Assembly: GCF_964355755.1 (NCBI RefSeq)
Contig: NC_092675.1
Span: forward strand, 19,626,912 to 19,690,911
Reading direction: 5' to 3'
Length of the DNA stretch: 64,000 nt
Source of the DNA: Antedon mediterranea
Taxonomy: Eukaryota; Animalia; Echinodermata
Each line of letters begins with the position of its first letter. Positions within the stretch are counted from its first letter, which is position 1. Below the pieces are notes generated by a model. It was not told the origin of the DNA. It did not search any database and saw nothing but the letters and a program-made list of their open reading frames with translations. The position numbers and the translations under genes are program-made. Shown in pieces: positions 61,201-64,000 of the stretch.

Positions 61201-64000
61201 CTATTAATATTATTATGTTTTATATTGGTAATACAGTAAAAGCACAATACTTCGTAAAGTACAGTATCAGTCAGAAAAGTCTATACTACAGTACATTTGG
61301 TAATATTTAAATTGTAAATACTGTTTCTTATATTTGTGAATAATTAAGCAGTTACCTTTTTTTGAAATTTTAGATGAACATAATTATATTTATTTTTAGG
61401 CTCAAATTGTTTAGGTGCATTGTTCTCTTGTTTATTTTGTATTCATCACATTGTCATTATACAAATGTCTACACTATCAAACTAGTTTGACAAAAAAAAG
61501 TATGATGTGCCCAAATATAGTAGTGAATGATATTCTGAAATATGATAGTGATATGACATCATGACCATATATGGGCACATTACACATAAAGTGTGATAGT
61601 GTAGACATAGCTTAAGTATTTTTTTGTTGCTCATTATCACGGAAACTATTTTCACCATTTGTAGCACATACAGTTTATAAATTAAATGTCTAAATACTTT
61701 TTTGTAATTGAGCAGACTTTACATTTATTTAGTTATCACAGCACAGATTAGTTCTAAGCATGTGCAAACATTAATTTATTTTATTTATTTAATCTAATTC
61801 AACAGCGGGAACCCCGCCCCTTACAGAATGGAATAATATCCAAATTCCTTCACTTGCACTGATGAAGGGCTAGTGTTGCCCGAAAGCTCTGCTAACTTTT
61901 CTGGCTGTTTACTTTATCGTTTTGATTTAGCTTTTCGCTTTTTATTTTTGTATCTCCATTGAGATCCAGCCACTGATACCCACAGCATTGTCATTTTTTT
62001 CAGTAATTTGCCTTTGGATATATATCTTAAGACCTATACAATACAAAGTTATACAATCTTATAATTATAAGTCATTTGCTACACATTATGCAATCAAAAA
62101 TTGTTTAACGCTGTAATTATTGCAATATTTATTGTAGGGCTGCAAAGGTAGAAACACTGAAACCACCAGCAAACAAGACATTGAAGGCGCTCACAATGCG
62201 TAAGGAGATGAAACGAACACAAGAAGCTGCACAAACCATGCAAGAGATATCTGCCTTTGAACAGCGTCTGTCGCACATGCTTCCAACAACTGAACAGGAG
62301 GATGATAGGTAAGGTACTATTGAGGAAAGCTAGTGACAAGTTTAGTGGCGTAACATAGAGACCTGAGACCCCTGGTTTAGGAACCCCAAGTGGCCCTCAA
62401 TCTTTGGAGGCCTCAGGTGTTTTTAGCCTTTTCAACATATTTTTAATGCCTCATTAGCTCAGGGGCCAATTGGTTTAGCCACTGGACAAGTTTCCCTAAA
62501 TCAGCCACAGTTTTGCTAAAAGTTTTCAAATTAATGTCACATTGCAACCTTAGTATAGTTAGTTTGGTTTAAAGTTTGAAATAAAAATTGACTGTGGACA
62601 ACCTTATCAAAGCAGTTGTCCTTCATGTTAATTTGCATAATTATACAAGAAACAGAAACTGAGTATGTGTAACATTATTCTGATTTTTTAAAAAAAGAAA
62701 TGTGTTTATAAATGATTATATTATTGTTATAACAATTCAACCCAAAATTCTCTTTTAAATAATTGACTCGTCGTTCTACTCATATCTGAGTACTCGTGAC
62801 CATTCTGATGAGGTGTCTCCATTTTGCCGATCTTGAGCTTCATTGTAGCAACTGATTATTGGTCGGTTAGCAGCACCACTTATACCATCAATCCATCTGA
62901 GTCTCTGTCTTCCTCTTTTTCGTTTCCCTAACATAATCATTTTCTCCATACTATCTCCATCCAGTCTGGCAATATGTCCAAAGTATTTTAAATAATGCCC
63001 TCTGTTAATTGCAATTTGAATTTTCATTTTTCAGAGACAATGATGAAGAAGTAGCAATGTATTTAAAAACAACTGAGACACAAGTCACAAAAGTTGATTA
63101 CACGATGGCATTCACCCAGGTAAACAGTGTTTTACTTTCGAATGGTCTTGACATTTTTATTATTATTTGTCACAATCTATTATTTATACTATACTGAGAT
63201 AGATGCTGGCCCTCATAGCGGTTTTCAAATATGGTTTAAAACCCTCCCAGTGCAATTCGCGTCATTTTGATACCCCTTGTTTATAAATGAGTGCAATAGC
63301 AATAATGTGTTTAATGAACAAATGTAGAAACACTATTTTAATTTTTCAATTATATGATTATTTCTGCCAAGGGTCAGTCTTCAAACGATGAGTACATCAA
63401 CAAGATACGCAACCGTCTTCAAGAAGACTCGGTTGCCAGGAAGGAGCGAGAAAAGCGACGACGTAAGATTCTTGTTGATCAGCTGAAGGCACATGAAGCA
63501 CAAGAAGTAAGAAAAAAACATTTTCCTTTGAGCTCTGCAGGTTCTTGTAACCAATATGACTCTTTTGATTTTAATATTACACAAGAATATGATAATGCTT
63601 CTTACTGATATTTAATATGTATATTCAACTCTATACTCCCTTGGACCAGCCTGAAATTATGATTTCCCAAATGCAATTTCTATAGAATAAAATTTGTTTC
63701 CTTTTGGATATTAAAAGAAATCTTGATTAAGCTGACTGTATTTTTTATGAAGGGGGAAAAAAAGTAAAGCAACTAATTTTGATTATACAACTACTTTGCT
63801 ATGTTCTAATCTTACCTACAGTTTGTCCCATAATAGAAGGCCTACATAAGTTCATAATAAAAATGGCTTATGACCTTTGATTTTAAAAGTCTTTCAAAAT
63901 TCTCTTTGTAGAGTGCTCGACGTGAAGAGATGCTTGTGAATCGTCTGATGCGCCAGTCACAACAAGAGAAGCGCATTGCTGTGCAACTAATGCAGCTTCG
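58243..64000 (+). CDS. SPEF2: Sperm flagellar protein 2 (KPL2), 5' part; continues beyond the window
   Basis: Exons 58243-58297, 59108-59210, 60041-60293, 60641-60858, 62138-62308, 63035-63119, 63372-63506, 63912->64000. Translation MTDILCKWLN..FATGYMIGEVL..SKLNNFTRLEPTLKLLGI..ATRLLYQLYIAL..PRQTDTNL..DEYINKIRNRLQEDSVARKEREKRRRKILVDQLKAHEAQE..NRLMRQSQQEKRIAVQLM matches the SPEF2 N-terminal CH-like and coiled-coil region as I recall it. Confidence 0.92.
58400..59000. repeat. CTAG/AGGCCT-rich low-complexity palindromic tract in SPEF2 intron 1
   Basis: Dense runs such as ctagcctagctaggcctagctagc and ctaggcctaggcct. Confidence 0.8.
59228..59856. mobile_element. Kolobok-like non-autonomous DNA element
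   Basis: TTAA|agccccattccct ... agggaaggggtct|TTAA, CpG-rich interior, inserted 17 nt after the SPEF2 exon 2 donor. Confidence 0.68.
61466..61612. mobile_element. MITE family A copy, opposite orientation
   Basis: tgtctacactatcaaactagtttgac ... gatagtgtagacatagct. Confidence 0.75.
61854..61895 (+). ncRNA. Minimal type I hammerhead ribozyme motif (Penelope-like element type)
   Basis: GCA-CTGATGA-A-GGGC(TAGTGTT)GCCC-GAAA-GC-TC^TGC: intact core, 4-bp helix II, palindromic AGCT helix III, GCA/TGC helix I; predicted cleavage after 61889. Lies in a repeat-like segment ~61800-62000. Confidence 0.75.
62343..62484. mobile_element. hAT-type MITE
   Basis: tagtggcgtaac...tttagccactg with an 8-bp TSD GACAAGTT (62335-62342 and 62485-62492). 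Confidence 0.82.
62770..63008 (-). mobile_element. RTE (BovB-like) LINE 3' fragment
   Basis: LKYFGHIARLDGDSMEKMIMLGKRKRGRQRLRWIDGI..AQDR is the conserved RTE ORF C-terminus. Confidence 0.8.

Overview
AT-rich, intron-rich animal (invertebrate) genomic DNA; a Deu-domain-like SINE suggests a deuterostome such as an echinoderm (inference). Four protein-coding genes were assembled by hand from GT-AG exons. (1) A 5'-truncated + strand gene (631-15951, 23 exons seen) has a UBE2Q-like E2 fold without the catalytic Cys followed by a BIRC6-type active UBC domain. (2) A complete SVEP1/polydom lies on the - strand (51858-20515, 31 exons, ~3096 aa). (3) An intronless Tctex1-domain dynein light chain lies on the - strand (56926-56219). 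(4) The 5' part of SPEF2 lies on the + strand (58243 to window end), head-to-head with the Tctex gene. Introns hold Harbinger-, hAT- and Kolobok-type MITEs, a Helentron-type element, L2/CR1/RTE 3' fragments, a SINE, a 26-bp minisatellite, and Penelope-like remnants with minimal hammerhead ribozyme motifs; an (ATTC)n tract lies between the first two genes. Most notable: a hammerhead in a SPEF2 intron; an inverted Penelope-like arm that starts at the ribozyme cleavage site, with inverted copies bracketing the catalytic UBC exon; a perfect 64-bp antisense copy of a SVEP1 exon inside a SVEP1 intron; a duplicated acceptor forming a candidate 30-nt poison exon; and a strong local excess of the palindrome TAGGCCTA. 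All coordinates and counts were made by eye, and no database searches were run.
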